A stretch of DNA of 64,000 nt, taken from positions 56,606,001-56,670,000 of the forward strand of contig NC_043001.1 in NCBI RefSeq assembly GCF_006345805.1, given 5' to 3'. Below are positions 1-14,086 of this stretch, in pieces. A program made the position numbers and the translations under genes. Origin of the DNA: Octopus sinensis (lineage: Eukaryota). The notes below the pieces were generated by a model, which was not told the origin of the DNA, searched no databases, and saw nothing but the letters and a program-made list of their open reading frames with translations. Position 1 is the first letter of the stretch; each line of letters opens with the position of its first letter.

Positions 1-74
1 GTGCAGATAATTATATACACATGTGTATATTTATGTGTGGGGATTTCAGAAGAAATATGTAATATCTCAGTTTC

Positions 75-337
75 TGTATGTGTATACACACACACACATG
101 TACACACACAAACAAACACACACACATACACAACACACACACACACACACACACGCACAATCACACACACACACAGACACACACACACATACACGCATAC
201 ATGAAAATATGTATTTACATGTTACATATGTATATATATATATGTGTATATAATCACATACAAAATATATTTACATGGCATATGTGCATATATTGATATA
301 CTCACACATACAAATGCTACAAGCAAACTCACACACA

Positions 338-370
<33 letters not shown>
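75..370. repeat. Compound (CA)n/(TA)n microsatellites
   Basis: Long CA runs at about 84-200 and 328-368, visible directly. Confidence 0.95.
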
Positions 371-1452
371 TATGTTTATATTCACTCGGGGAAAATATAT
401 ATTTATTTATATTACGTTTATACATGCATATGCAGAAAATATTCCTAAATATTTGCGTGAATGAATCTCATTTGCATAGATTTGATAATTATAAGTATAT
501 GTTATATGTTGTTATTACAGTTCACACAGAAATGTATATTTGTCAATTAATTGCCTCTATTTTCTATTGTCTGCAATTTATTGCCACCTCACACATTTTT
601 AACTGCCTGGCTATCTGCCAAAGTAATCTCACAAACATAATACAGTTAAAACTTCATCCGAAAGACCATGGTTTCTCTTCATGCACAGAAAATACTTCAG
701 CTGTAAGCAGTTTGTGGCGTTGTGCAAATGTTATGAAGAATCTACCAAAGAGCACAAATTTTATATGTAACTTCTTGCTGCTGCTATATACACGATATCG
801 CAGATCACGAGCTAATGTTTGAGAGTCTTCGTAGTGGCTTGACATGAGAGAATTAGCAGTCACATAATACCAGATAATACTCAAATGCCGTTTGAGAGAA
901 GCGATATTTAAATAAAAGATGGAGTGCTTATGCCGAGAACATTTTTCTTTCGGGGCATGTCATCTTCAAACTCAGGTCTTTCAGATGATTTGCAGAGTTA
1001 CATATAGCACTTGATGTGCAGTTTCAATTCATTTTCTCTTCTATCGCTATCTACTGCAAACATTTGCACTTTTAAGCTAATTTTTCTTCGCGTGACCGAC
1101 TTTTCTGCTGCTCTTTTTATGTCTTTTGTTTCTCACATTCTTTTTGTGAAGCCGTTGAATAGTCAAAAACCTAGAACCTCACAGACAATGCCTCTCAGTA
1201 ATTATTCCGGCTTTTTACATTCTAAGTTCCAATTTCGTGGAGCTCAACTGTTGAGATCGATGAAGGTATGTATACTTAGCAGTATCCGTTTCTGCACTCT
1301 TTACGTTCTTAATACTCAAGTGAGTATGGCAACCTTGTCTGTATTTAAGTGATAAGATGATGCTTGGTTAAAAAATACAGCTCAGTCAGGGCCGATACTT
1401 AGTTAAATAGCCACATCAACAGACAGTCTTTTGTATTCGTGGTTAGCGATAC

Positions 1453-1521
<69 letters not shown>

Positions 1522-1532
1522 GTGTGCAGTGA

Positions 1533-1851
1533 ACGCGTGCAGCTTAGTGGTTGGGGTATTCGGTTCATGTTCGTAAGGTCGTGAGTTCGTTTCTTGGTGG
1601 TGCATTATGTCCTTGAGCAAGATACTTTATTTCACGTTGCTCCAGTATACTCAGCTAGCAAAAACAAGTAGCACGTGTATTTTAAAGGGCCAGCCATGTC
1701 ACACTCTGTGTCGCACTGATTCTCCCAAAGAACTACGTTAAGGATACGCGTGTCTATAGAGTGCTCAACCAGTTGCACGCTAATTTTACGAGCAGGCTGT
1801 TCCGATGATCGGATGAACTGGAATCTTCGTCTTCGTAATCGACGGAGTGTC
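1533..1851 (+). mobile_element. tRNA-derived SINE, family A (CORE-like centre)
   Basis: A-box-like GCTTAGTGG and B-box-like GTGAGTTCG, central GTCCTTGAGCAAGATACTTTATTTCACGTTGCTCCAGT, 3' end GACGGAGTG. Homologous copies at 9596-9819, 11169-11487 and 51575-51700. Confidence 0.85.
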
Positions 1852-3101
1852 GGTTATGTGTGTGCGCAAACCTCGGTGTGTGCGCACAAACAGCTTCAGT
1901 TCGACAAAAGATGTTCTGTTGACTGATCAGCTAAAAACAGCATCTAAATCTCCAACGAATCAAACTCAACCATAGTTATAAAAAGTAAAACTGGAAAAAG
2001 CAAAACCCAAAAGATCTGTTGGCTAATGTAATTCGTCTAAAGAGACATTCTTGATGACCATGATGACAACAGTTATGATCATAGGTTCCATGAATCACTT
2101 ATGGCTTGACACTTAGTGATGACAGATAGCCACAAGTTCCCCAAGATGCTTCTTTCATGCAGTAAAACATTTGCATCTGTACATCAATCTAAATCTATCC
2201 ATCCCCTCTATCAAACAATACCTCTTCGTCCTTAATTAATTCCTCTAGTGAAATCTATTTTGCGGCAAATATTTAGCTAACCTTTAAATCTGGTGATAAT
2301 TCATGCGTAGTGTTTACTTCATTTTGATGTATTCTTCTTAGACACGGAGGCATCGCGAAAGGGTCACTGGCGCTGCAGGTTCCTATTTTGACCAGGCCAT
2401 TAGCAGACACGCAAACACAAATACAAACAGACCAAGATACGGATATACAGACACAACCACACACATATAAGTACATATACGTACACACACATTTATGCCG
2501 TTATTGCAGTTGTCGCATCCCCAGATACAGTTATTCGAATGTCACATTCAAACAAGTAAATCTGACTTGTCAGCTGCAATAACAATAAGCAGTTCCCACC
2601 CCTTCGGCATCTAGCACTGTTTAGATGTTTTTCACTTGTACGTACGTCAATAACACAGACACACACGCATACACACAAAATTGATATACAAAAATGGGCA
2701 GCAATGTTTCCAATATAAGAACGTCTACCCATAAAGTTATTTATTTATTTCCATATTTAAAACAAGAAGGAGTTGACCAATATGTGAAGACATAAATTTC
2801 ACATTGTTTATATGATTTATGCTATAAACTTATAGTAGCGCAGTGAGGACTTACTTTTACATGTTATAGTGTTTTCTTTGTTGTTGTTCTTCCTACTCTT
2901 TTGATGTTGATGGTGATGGTGGTGGAGGTGGGGACGGAATTGCTATTATTGTTACAGTTCGATTAAAGATTGCAGAAATTCTTTTGTGCTACATCTGTGT
3001 CTTTCACTGAAATGCTCAGCCAACAGAAAATATAGACCATGTTACATATATACATATATACATGCATATATTTATCTATATATACACATACGCACACACA
3101 C

Positions 3102-3154
<53 letters not shown>

Positions 3155-3617
3155 CATACATATATATATATAATATATGTACGCATGAATAAATATATAA
3201 ATATGCATATATATATGTATATATGTATATATACGGGCATATATATATATATACGTATACACAATCTTATATATATACATACACACATGTATTTATATTT
3301 ATATATACACATATACATATATATATGTAGACAGATAGATAGATATGACATATGCATACAAATATATATACACATACATAAGTACTTGTGTATATTAATA
3401 TTCATATGCCCACATCCACATCCACTCAGACTTACACATAAGCGTACATATCTGCACGTATATATACATAAACACATAATATATATGGATATATGTGTGT
3501 GTGCGTGTGTAGGTGTGTGAGTATGCTTTTACGCAAGTAGTTATGTGTATATATATATATATAATATATGTACGCATGAATAATATATAAATATGCATAT
3601 ATATATGTATATATATA

Positions 3618-3675
<58 letters not shown>

Positions 3676-3984
3676 CATGTATGCATATATACGCATACAC
3701 GTATATGTGACGATATGAGTGTGTGCGTGTGATAGAATTGTTCATTTACTTTTGTTCGATTTTCAGACGCCATCTTGTTTTGAAGAGATCTTATGATGAG
3801 GTTTTGCTGAGTTGACCAAATTTGTGATGCTGTTATTGGCATCAAACCACAAAACCTCCAGGTCTTGGCGACACTGAATAGTAATTACAGTACTAGTAGT
3901 AATAGTGGTAGTAGTAGTAGTATCTGTAGTCTTCCTTGTTATTGTTGCTGGTGTAGGTGTTGGCGTTAGTGATGTAGATAATGA

Positions 3985-4058
3985 TGATAATGATGACGAC
4001 GATGAGGAGGATGAGGATGATGATGATGTTGATGATGATGATGATGATGATTATGATT

Positions 4059-4098
<40 letters not shown>

Positions 4099-4110
4099 CG
4101 ATGATGTGAT
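3985..4110. repeat. (GAT)n microsatellite
   Basis: Direct; it produces the poly-Asp ORF 3905-4156. Confidence 0.95.
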
Positions 4111-4559
4111 GAGTCGTTTTCTGATGTTGTTGATATCAGATTACTTGTCAGCGTAGTTCTTTGAAGAATGTAGTTGCATCATAAAGATTTCCCATCAAAA
4201 CATTCATCTCTCAGAGATATGTATTGGATTTTATTTCCTTAACTCTTTCTTCCTTTAGTCTTCACTTTTCCTTTTTCTTTCCTTTCATAAAAAAAAAAAA
4301 TGTTGCTGATGTTCTAGAAACGGGTTTTTGGTTAAGGATATTCTTTGATAAAATGTTCTTGAGTTAACAAAATTTGCATACTGCTGTTATTGGTATCAAA
4401 CAAACGATTTCTTTAAATCTTTGTCGGTCCTGGTAATAGTATCATTGATACTGTTGGCGGAACTTGCAAAATAATATAAGAAAATGTTACAGTATCACAG
4501 ATTGTGTTACTTTTGAATTCTCATGCAGTTGCAAAATGATGACAATATATTCTCTTGAA

Positions 4560-4593
4560 CACCTGCATAAACAACAACAACAACGATGATGAT

Positions 4594-4648
<55 letters not shown>

Positions 4649-4670
4649 TAATAATAATGACGATGATAAT
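4560..4670. repeat. (AAC)/(GAT)/(AAT)n compound microsatellite
   Basis: Direct. Confidence 0.95.
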
Positions 4671-4779
4671 AAAAATTGCAGAAGTGAGTCTTTGTGAAGT
4701 GGTAAGTTTATGAATGCGGTTAATGAAACTGTAATAGCTTATATTTCTTTTCCTTTGTTAATCATTTAAGATAAAAATT

Positions 4780-5240
4780 ATTAAAAACGTGTGTCGGGAT
4801 TTTCAAATTGTGATGTAGTTAATAACTATTGGAAGAGACATCTGCAGAGAGCTTGCATAGAAAAGCAAAATTTAGAGATGGGGAGGGAAAGATGTCTTGT
4901 TAAATGTGAGGCTTTGGAAGTTAATCCGACAGGAGTAGAATGGCGTGAATATGAAGCTGCTGTAAGATATTCTGAATGAAGTAGGTTTGAGATAAGTAAG
5001 TTTTCAGAACCAGATGCTATTATAGTAAGAGTAGGAGATATTAAAAGAATATACGACCTGTCAGTGGAGAGAAGATTGAATCTTGTAAGTGGTCAAATTC
5101 AATCAAAATTTCAAATCAACCAGATAGTTATCACTGAATATAGTTAGAAATTGAAGGGCATGGAAAAGCTACTCTATCGTGTATCAAATGTGAGAATGAG
5201 ATTGGATCAGCAGCTGATCATAGCTAATGTAATTCCTTGT
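4780..5240 (-). mobile_element. Possible very old CR1/Jockey-group LINE 3' remnant
   Basis: Frameshifted minus-strand translation gives patches (YYNSIW..L..L..SRHST..PHI..D.FP) loosely resembling LINE ORF2 C-termini. Weak. Confidence 0.3.
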
Positions 5241-5845
5241 TCTATAAAGAAAAATGTATCCTCTTGTTGAAGATTTTGACTGTGTTGTGAATTTATGGGT
5301 TTCTCAAATGTAATGATATAATTAATTTTCTTTGAAATAAGGAAGATTTATATTTTGTGTTATTATTATTATATAATCGTAAATGCAAGAAATATGCAGA
5401 AATTTGGGATCATCATTTTAAATACATTTTGAATAAATTTAGCAATGCCTTTCTATATTCAGAGTTCAGATCTTACCTTGTCTCCGCTGTCTCAATCCAC
5501 CATAGCGCACAAATAAGTACCAAATATTTACAGACTTAGTACTAAACATATTTATTTATGTGAGACATAGTTTATTATTTCTACCCAGATAAGTAGTTTA
5601 ATTCGGCTATCATCTCCCGTGTCATCACATGTAGGAAATTTATTATGTTTCTGAGCTTTGTACTGTACGCTTGTAGAATTTTGTCATAACCAGATTGAAG
5701 ATTTGTTTTTCATTGCTACAGAAAACATGGTTAAATACTTGTATAAGAGGCAATACAATATTAAATATCCATCCATCCATCCCTCCATCCATTCACCCAT
5801 CAATACGTATATACTTATGTGTGTGCTTGTATATATATACATATA

Positions 5846-6065
5846 TATTTCGTTTTGGGATTTGGTTTGCAAGATTATTTATGTGAGTTCGTGTGTTGAA
5901 GCATATTCTGTTGTGTCTGGGGAGAGTCATTCTCTTTCGGTGCCTTATAATTTAACACACTCATCGGTAAAATTTTCACTTATTTCTTTTTTATTTTCTA
6001 AAATGTTCGTTGCGTCTTGCAACCTTTTCAATAGTTTTGACACTGTCCAGTACTCACACTGTGTT
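5846..6065. mobile_element. Dispersed repeat ('TGTGTCTGGGGAGAGTCATT' family), class unresolved
   Basis: Homologous segments at 30837-30965 and 34045-34190. Confidence 0.75.
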
Positions 6066-6295
6066 CCTTTTTGTTTGTTTATGCGTATGTGTGTGTGTGT
6101 GTGTGTCTGTGTGTGTGTACCTATATATGCATGCACGTATGTATGTATGTATGTATGTATGTATGTATGTATGTATGTATGTATGTATGTATGTATGTAT
6201 GTATGTATGTATGTATGCATGTATGTATGTATGTATGTATGTATGTATGTATGTATGTATGTATGTATGCATGTATGTATGTATATATGTATGTA

Positions 6296-6562
6296 TCACA
6301 TCCCATTCACATCCCTGAAGCAGGGATGTGTTCTTGCTCCAACCCTGTTTTCTCTCTACATCGCTGCCATGCTCTCCGAAATTCCAACAGACAACTCCGG
6401 AGTGGAACTCAGATGTAGATTTGACGGCGGACTTTTCAACATCTCACATTTCCGATCAAGACGTCGCTGTTGAGAGCACAATATCACTGAGCTTCAATAC
6501 GCTGATGATAACGCAGCCTCAGCTTCAAAAGCAGAAGACCTCCAAACCTCAAAAAACAACTT
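6296..6562 (+). mobile_element. RTE-clade RT fragment, copy 1 (different family from the 7077 element)
   Basis: LKQGCVLAPTLFSLY...RFDGGLFNISHFRSRRRC*EHNITELQYADD covers RT motifs B' to C with one in-frame stop. Confidence 0.9.
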
Positions 6563-6749
6563 GTATGTATGTATGTATATGTATGTATGTATGATGTATG
6601 TATGTAGTATGTATGTATGTATGTATGTATGTATGTATGTATGTATGTATGTATGCATGTATGTATGTATGTATGTATGTATGTATGTATGTATGTATGT
6701 ATGTATGTATGTATGTATGTATGCATGTATGTATGTATATATGTATGTA

Positions 6750-7016
6750 TCACATCCCATTCACATCCCTGAAGCAGGGATGTGTTCTTGCTCCAACCCT
6801 GTTTTCTCTCTACATCGCTGCCATGCTCTCCGAAATTCCAACAGACAACTCCGGAGTGGAACTCAGATGTAGATTTGACGGCGGACTTTTCAACATCTCA
6901 CATTTCCGATCAAGACGTCGCTGTTGAGAGCACAATATCACTGAGCTTCAATACGCTGATGATAACGCAGCCTCAGCTTCAAAAGCAGAAGACCTCCAAA
7001 CCTCAAAAAACAACTT
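6750..7016 (+). mobile_element. RTE-clade RT fragment, copy 2 (identical tandem duplicate)
   Basis: I found no differences from 6296-6562; period 454 bp. Confidence 0.9.
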
Positions 7017-7076
7017 GTATGTATGTATGTATGTATGTATGTATGTATGTATGTATGTATGTATGTATGTATGTAT

Positions 7077-8736
7077 TTATGGTGGTAATTACATCACACA
7101 GTCCCTTCATGAACTTATTAGTGCAGTCTGGAGGGATGGTGCAATCCCTAAGGACTGGAAGGATGCAATTATTCTTCCTCTGTATAAAGGAAAAGGAGCC
7201 AGAACAATGTGTAGTAACTACAGGGGTATTGCTCTACTATCAGCTGCTGGCAAGGTTCTGGCAAATATTCTTCTTACCCGTCTGAATGGGTGTCTCGTAA
7301 ATGATGTCCTATCTGAATCTCAATGTGGCTTCCGATCTGGTAGAGGGACAATGGATATGACTTTCACAGCAAGACAGATGCAGGAGAAGTGCTATGAGCA
7401 GAATATGGATCTTGTCCAGGTATTCATTGATTTAACTAAGGCCTTTGATACTGTAAATAGGGCCTTTCTATGGAAAATACTTGGCAAACTTGGATGTCCG
7501 GATCACTTTGTATCAATAATTGAATCATTTCATCATGGGATGGAGGCTTGGGTCAATGTTGGTGGTGCCATGGCAGGATCCATTCCTGTAGAGAATGGTG
7601 TTAAGCAGAGTGACATCCTTGCCCCAACTCTCTTTTCTTTGTACTTTGCCGCTACTTTTACTCATGCTTTTGCTAAGGTTAGCTCTCTGGGAATATATGT
7701 CAGATATCGATCTTCTGGCCGCCTCTTTAATCTTCGCCGATTTGCTGCCAATTCAAAGGTTTCCCAGTCTATTATTCGTGACCTCCTTTATGCAGATGAC
7801 TGTGACTTAGTCACTCATACAGTGGATGACATGCAAATACTCATGAATTGCATTTCTGCTTCTTGCAGGGCATTTGGACTCAGCATTAGCCTGGACAAAA
7901 CTGTTGTAATGTTCCAGCCTGCACCAGGAAATCCATATATAGAACCAGCTATCTTGGTTGAAGGAACGATTCTGAAGGTAGTAGGCAAGTTTGTCTACCT
8001 GGGCAGCACACTCAGCCGTTCTTGCTCCCTGGATGAGGAAATATCTTTCAGGTTGCAGAGAGCAACTAATTCCTTCCGGTCTCTTCAGTCTCGTGTCTGG
8101 TCCCAACATGGCATCGCAAGGAGAACAAAAGTTGCTGTGTACCGTGCTTGTGTAATGACATCGCTTCTCTACTCATGTGAGACATGGACTCTGTACAAAC
8201 GTCAGGTCAGGGTCCTTGAACGTTTTCATCAGAGATGTCCCAGACACATTCTCAATGTTAGCTGGACCTCAAAAATTCCAAACACACAGATCCTGAGGAC
8301 AGCTGATATCTTGAGTATTGAGGCGATGGTACACAAGCACCGGTTGCGTTGGACTGGACACCTTATTAGAATGGAGGATAGAAGGATTCCTAAGCAGATG
8401 CTCTATGGAGAACTTGTGAATGGAAGGAGACTCCGGCAGAAACCAAGGCTGCGATTTAAGGACTGTGTCAAGTCCTCGTTAAAGGCCTTTGATATGCAGG
8501 ACACTGACTGGGAGAACAATGCCTGTCATCGCCACAGTTGGAGGAAGCAGGTTAAGGAGGGGATCGACACTTTTGAGAGAGCACGTATCCAGCATGAAGA
8601 ACTTAAGCGAGCTGCGCGAAAGCGCACGGCTCGTATAGTGAAAGGGGAAAGCTTGGTCTGCAATGTTTGCAGTCGTGTATGCTTGTCAAGAGCAGGGCTC
8701 ATTAGCCACCAACGGAGCTGCAAATGCAAAATATAA
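7077..8736 (+). CDS. Partial RTE reverse transcriptase ORF (about 553 aa; no endonuclease and no genuine start codon)
   Basis: ORF track 7015..8736; the first ~20 residues there are translated microsatellite. Confidence 0.85.
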
Positions 8737-8810
8737 GTTAGTCCTAGAGCGCACAATGTTCCTGTAGGTCGGCAATAGTCTTCCTCGGTCACGAGTGGAC
8801 GGCCATCATG
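7077..8810 (+). mobile_element. 5'-truncated RTE-clade LINE: RT, C-terminal Cys/His finger, 3' UTR and (TATG)n tail
   Basis: Open frame to 8736 containing NYRGIALL, QCGFRSGRGT, FIDLTKAFDTVNR, GVKQSDILAP, LLYADD, FVYLGS, HRLRWTGHLIRM and CNVCSRVCLSRAGLISHQRSC. The 3' UTR ends CTCG-GTCA-CGAG-TGGACGGCCATCATG followed by TATG repeats. Confidence 0.95.
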
Positions 8811-9299
8811 TATGTATGTATGTATGCATGTGTGTGTATGCATGTATGTGTGTTCATATGTATTTATTTATGTGTGTACATTTGTACGTATGTATTCTGA
8901 ATATTCGTGTTTGTGTGTTTTATGTATGTGTGCGTGCGTGTGTGTGTGTATGTGTATATGTATTATATATGTGTGTTTGTATGTGTGTGTGTATAAGTGT
9001 TTGTATATGTGTGTGTGTGTTTGTATATGTGTGTCTGTCTCCTTGTGCGTGCATGTCTGAGTATGTGTGTGTGTATATATGGTCATGTGTTTCAATCTCC
9101 ATTCGGGTATGTGTGCTTGTCTGTTCATATAACATATGTGCCTATCCGTCTGTATGTTGATCTGTTTACTTTCATAGCCATATGCTTACATACATATACA
9201 TATATATATACATACACATACATACATCTATCTACATATAAATACATACATCCACACACACATCTATCTACATAATAGCCCACTAACTATTGTACTCTA

Positions 9300-9595
9300 C
9301 CTGTGTAAACTGGGGGTATGGGGTATGATATCTACTACGTATATTTCCTATTTAGTATTGGGGACGTTTCATTTATGAGGACGTACTCTATTTGTCAGAG
9401 TGTTGAGTGCTTTGGGTACTTGGATACGGTGCGGATGTCAAGTTGACCCAGGTTGCCTCCATGTTGGTACTTGACATGTTGGTAGACTAAGGAGGACTGT
9501 TTATTATCGACATATTGTCTCAAATGTTCATTTAGTCGTTCCGCAATGCTCCTAGATGTCTCCCCTATGTATGCCATGAACCCTGCTGTGCTATT
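9300..9595 (-). mobile_element. Penelope-like element GIY-YIG endonuclease fragment
   Basis: AYIGETSRSIAERLNEH...SLVYQH matches the second GIY-YIG motif and the R...H pattern of PLE endonucleases. Confidence 0.75.
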
Positions 9596-9936
<341 letters not shown>

Positions 9937-11168
9937 TGTACATAATACATGCATATATGTGTGTATATGTATGTGGAGAGATAGGAAGTAAGATATGTAA
10001 ATAGATACATATATACACGTATAAACACACGCACACAAACACATGTGCATAATTGTTTAATTATGTATTTCTAATGATAAAACACATTTTCATGACTCAT
10101 GAAGACAAAGTATCGGACTCCAGGAATCATCCTAAATTGTATTATTTCCTTTCAGATATATTTTCGTATTCTATTGATTTGCAGTTAATAAATTGAATGA
10201 TATCAAGTTTTCATGTGTCATACGAGACCAAGAATTCAATGTCAATTTTCCTCTTGAGAAGTTGCAAGTCGACATCTGCAACGAAGACTCGTGCATAGAG
10301 GGAATTCTAGATGGTTGCTGTTCTGCGAAGTAAATACTGTAGTTAGTTGCCTTCACCAGGCCTAGAATGCACACACAATATGGTGGACAAGGAGAAAAGG
10401 AACGTGTAAAGCGGGAAGGTGATAGGATACCAGTCATCTCTGGGGAGGAAAGGCCGCCTACTACAGTAACAAAAGAAAAGGCAGAGAGTACGCATGAGGG
10501 CCAGCGGTGGTTTCATACCAATATGTCGATGGTCATTTATTCAGCTGAAGTTTAAAATATGCCTCTATGTGTAAAAGGAGCAGTACCCCAGAGAGGAGGA
10601 TAGGATTGTCTTGTAGGTCATCTTAATCTTTGTTGTGAGTTAGTAATAGTAGGTATAAACGTGTTTTGGCTGTGAAGAGAAGTAGCCTTGGTTTAGTAGT
10701 CATTACTATATTCACATTGTGCGTTTTGGCCAGACATGTCTTCGCTGATTTTAAGATGTGGCAATAGAAGGTATCGAAACAGTAGTGGTTGCTTGCGATA
10801 TATATTTAAGGATGGGATGTGATAATGTTCCTTTGTACAGAATTTGTACGCTTTTATTCGTCAAAGAAACAAAATTAGCATAACGGAAGTGGATGTTATC
10901 TGATGGAACGTAATGAAAGAGGTGTCATCTACTAGCAGGGGCCGTTTTGTTGGGTAACAGAAGTAGGTAATTAATGTATAGAAAGAAGAATGCAAGAGGA
11001 AACATTTGTGTGAAAAATTCCTTTTCAGTATGATCTTGTAGATAACACAAGGTCTGTATAATTTTGGTGATTCCTTTATTAGAAGGTGACATTTATAATT
11101 AGATCATAGCTATTTCCGAAAGTAGAAAAAATGCATGTTGAAAGTATTTACCTCTGTTTGTTAGGTGA

Positions 11169-11487
11169 AGGCGCGCGGCTTAATGGTAACGTTAAACGGT
11201 TCACAAACTAAGGACACTCCTTCGATTCTCGGTGGCTCGTTTTGTCCTTGAGCAAGACACTTTATTTCACGCTGCTCCAGTCAGCTCAGCTGACAAAAAT
11301 GAGTTGTCCCTATAATTCAAAGTGCCGGCGTTGTCACATTCTGCATCACTCTGAATCTTCCTAAGAACTACGTTAAATGTATGAGTGTCTGTGGATTGCT
11401 CACCCACTTCCACGTTAATTCCACGAGCAGGCTGTTCCGTTCTTCGGATTAACTGGAACGTTCGTCGTCGTAACCGACGGAGTGCCA
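11169..11487 (+). mobile_element. tRNA-derived SINE family A, full length
   Basis: GGCTTAATGG A box, TTCGATTCT B box, GTCCTTGAGCAAGACACTTTATTTCAC core, ends GACGGAGTGCCA. Confidence 0.85.
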
Positions 11488-12180
11488 GTTTCTATTTGTT
11501 ACGAGAAAATTATTTTGAGGTGATGTACAAGGCCATTCCTCTAACAGGGACGCTATTACATACAACACACACACACACTCTCTCTCTCTCTGTCTCTCTC
11601 TCTCTCTCTGTCTCTCTCTCTGTCTCTGTCTCTCTCTCTGTCTCTCTCTCTCTGTCTCTCCCTCTCTCTAATGAAAGAACCGCTGCACAATATTGAACGA
11701 GGTAAAATCACTAAGGAAAGTCCTGCCTGTACTTGAACCCAACTGTGCAAAATGCCAGCTGAATAATTCTTCTGATCATTCTACCAAATTAGTCAACAAT
11801 AATCTCCAATAATATGAAATTAAGATATTGTCTTGTCCTGGACAGATTCCAGCCAAAAAGCCTATTGACCATTTATAAGAGATTATTTCGTGAAAAATGA
11901 ATTGAAGATATATTCAAAGTAAACGAAGATCTGTTTGCAGTACTTCTCGAATAATAGTATAAATTAGAGCTTGCATTATTGAAAAAGCTTGCTGAATGTA
12001 TAATAAAAACGTTTATATAAATACAGCTACTCAATATTCATGTTAGCTTCGCTGAATAAATATATATTTTGTATTTAATCTGAATATAATTATGTCAATC
12101 TACTTTTGTCACCGAGTACTTACTATTCTTCTAATTGCTCACGCTTACGTGCATCTGTCTGTCTGTCTGTCTAGTAATTA

Positions 12181-12228
<48 letters not shown>

Positions 12229-12300
12229 TTCTGTTTCTCTCGTTTTCTCTCTCTCTCGCTTTCTGATTCTCTGATTTTCTCTCTCTCTCTTTCTCTCCAC

Positions 12301-12356
<56 letters not shown>

Positions 12357-12977
12357 AGCTCGTAAAGTATCGTCTTCAGTTGCTCTAATGTTATCTCTGG
12401 ACATACAACTGCTTTACACGTACGCACACACAACGCGTGCGCGCATGCATACACGCGCATGCCTACACGAACACATATATACATATTCATTCATGAAATG
12501 AAAGAGGGAAAGAGAGAGAGAGAGAGAAAAGGGAGAGTAAGAGGGAGTAGGAGAGAGAGTGTGTGTGTGTATGAAAGAGAGAGAAAGTGAAAGGGAGGCG
12601 ATGTATTAGCAGATAGACCGATAATGTGATAGAACTATGTATTTGGAGTTTAGATGTGTAGTCATGGACAATAAGTATTGATGGTACACAGTGATTGAAA
12701 TATGTTACATTTATTTACAGCATGTGTGATATGGCTCAATATTCTTTCTTACATCAATCATTTCCTTACCTCAAGGGAATAAATTTATTTACATATATAA
12801 GGTGTATATTGAATATATTTCAAGATATTCTTAGCTTATTGCAGATCACATGAATAAAAAAACACGCAAACACACACATGCGTATACAGACCACATTCGC
12901 TCATATATACGAAAATTTGCGTTTACATACATACACACACACACACACACACAAACACACACATACACACACATACA

Positions 12978-13009
<32 letters not shown>

Positions 13010-13534
13010 TACGCCCTTACGCCCAAGGAAAGGATATAATCATGAAACGTCGTCCGAGTTTTAAAATATAAATGTTTTACAACAAGAGTTTCGCATTAAT
13101 GTTTATTGATGTAAAATTATTCCAAAACCATTTCTCACTCTCAACAGACAATATTTCGAATGGTTCCACATTCTAGTTGCACGACCTGTTCAATGATACA
13201 CGTTGGTAGAAGACTTCAGTTGTAGAATACAATGACCATAGTATTTAATTCCAGTCCTTTTGATTCAGAGTTCAAATCACATCGAATTCATCTTTGTCTT
13301 TCAGCCTTTAAGAGTTGCTGGAGGCGATTTAATATTTCAATATTCTTATAAACCATCTTAAAACTGAATAGAGTGTAAATAGGAAATGTAAAACGTATCA
13401 AGTGCCATTAGAAGTAGCATGTAAAGCCATTTCATGAAACGGGGAATGAAAACAAGCAATATGTAATTTTTTTAATTGAAAGCCCTCTTCGCCGGAAAGA
13501 AAATGCGTGTCTAAATTAATATTAAGTTGCTATA

Positions 13535-13682
13535 CGTTCTGAATTCAACTTCCGCCGAGGTTGGCTTTGTACTTTCATCCTAACGGGATCGAAAAAGTAA
13601 TACCAGTTGAGTACTGGAATCGATGTAACCGACTTATCTCCCTCACTCGAAATTGTTGGCCTTGTGCCAACGTTTCAAATCA
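13535..13682 (+). mobile_element. tRNA-derived SINE family C (CORE-like), partial
   Basis: TTCTGAATTCAACTTCCGCCGAGGTTGGCTTTG...CATCCT...GATCGA...TACCAGTTGAGTACTGG...TCGATGTAACCGACTT. Confidence 0.8.
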
Positions 13683-13828
13683 GTATTACGTTGTTATACA
13701 TTCTGAATTCAAATTCTGCCGTGGTTGAATTATATATATATTATTATGCATATATGCATACATATATGTACATACATACTTACTTACGTACATACATACA
13801 TACATACATACATACATACATACATACA

Positions 13829-13861
<33 letters not shown>

Positions 13862-14021
13862 GGGTACAGGACGTCAAAAAACGTAAATGGAAAACAACAC
13901 AAGTAACATAAAGAACGACCCTTCATCAGTTGCCGGCTGTCAAACTACTCATTTCGAGGTATGTATTTATGCGTGTATGTATGTATGTATGTATGTATGT
14001 ATGTATGTATGTATGTATGTT

Positions 14022-14086
<65 letters not shown>

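Larger units (their letters stand above)
6135..7075. repeat. Three (TATG)n arrays separating RTE fragments
   Basis: Arrays at about 6135-6295, 6563-6749 and 7017-7075. Confidence 0.95.

Noticed and set aside
650-1350. Unique-looking stretch with 76-113 aa ORFs
   Set aside because: No recognisable motif, stops in all frames, and no convincing splice pair.
5915-5990. Hammerhead-like topology on the minus strand of the 'GGGGAGAG' repeat (CCGATGA...GCAC-CGAAA-GAGA/TCTC)
   Set aside because: The core is CCGATGA or CCGGTGA rather than CTGANGA, GAAA is absent in the other two copies, and stem I does not pair.
13860-13960. Minus-strand CTCGAAA...CTGATGAAGG, possibly part of a PLE pLTR
   Set aside because: The motifs are in permuted order, and stem III and the cleavage triplet cannot be formed; I cannot support a ribozyme from this copy.
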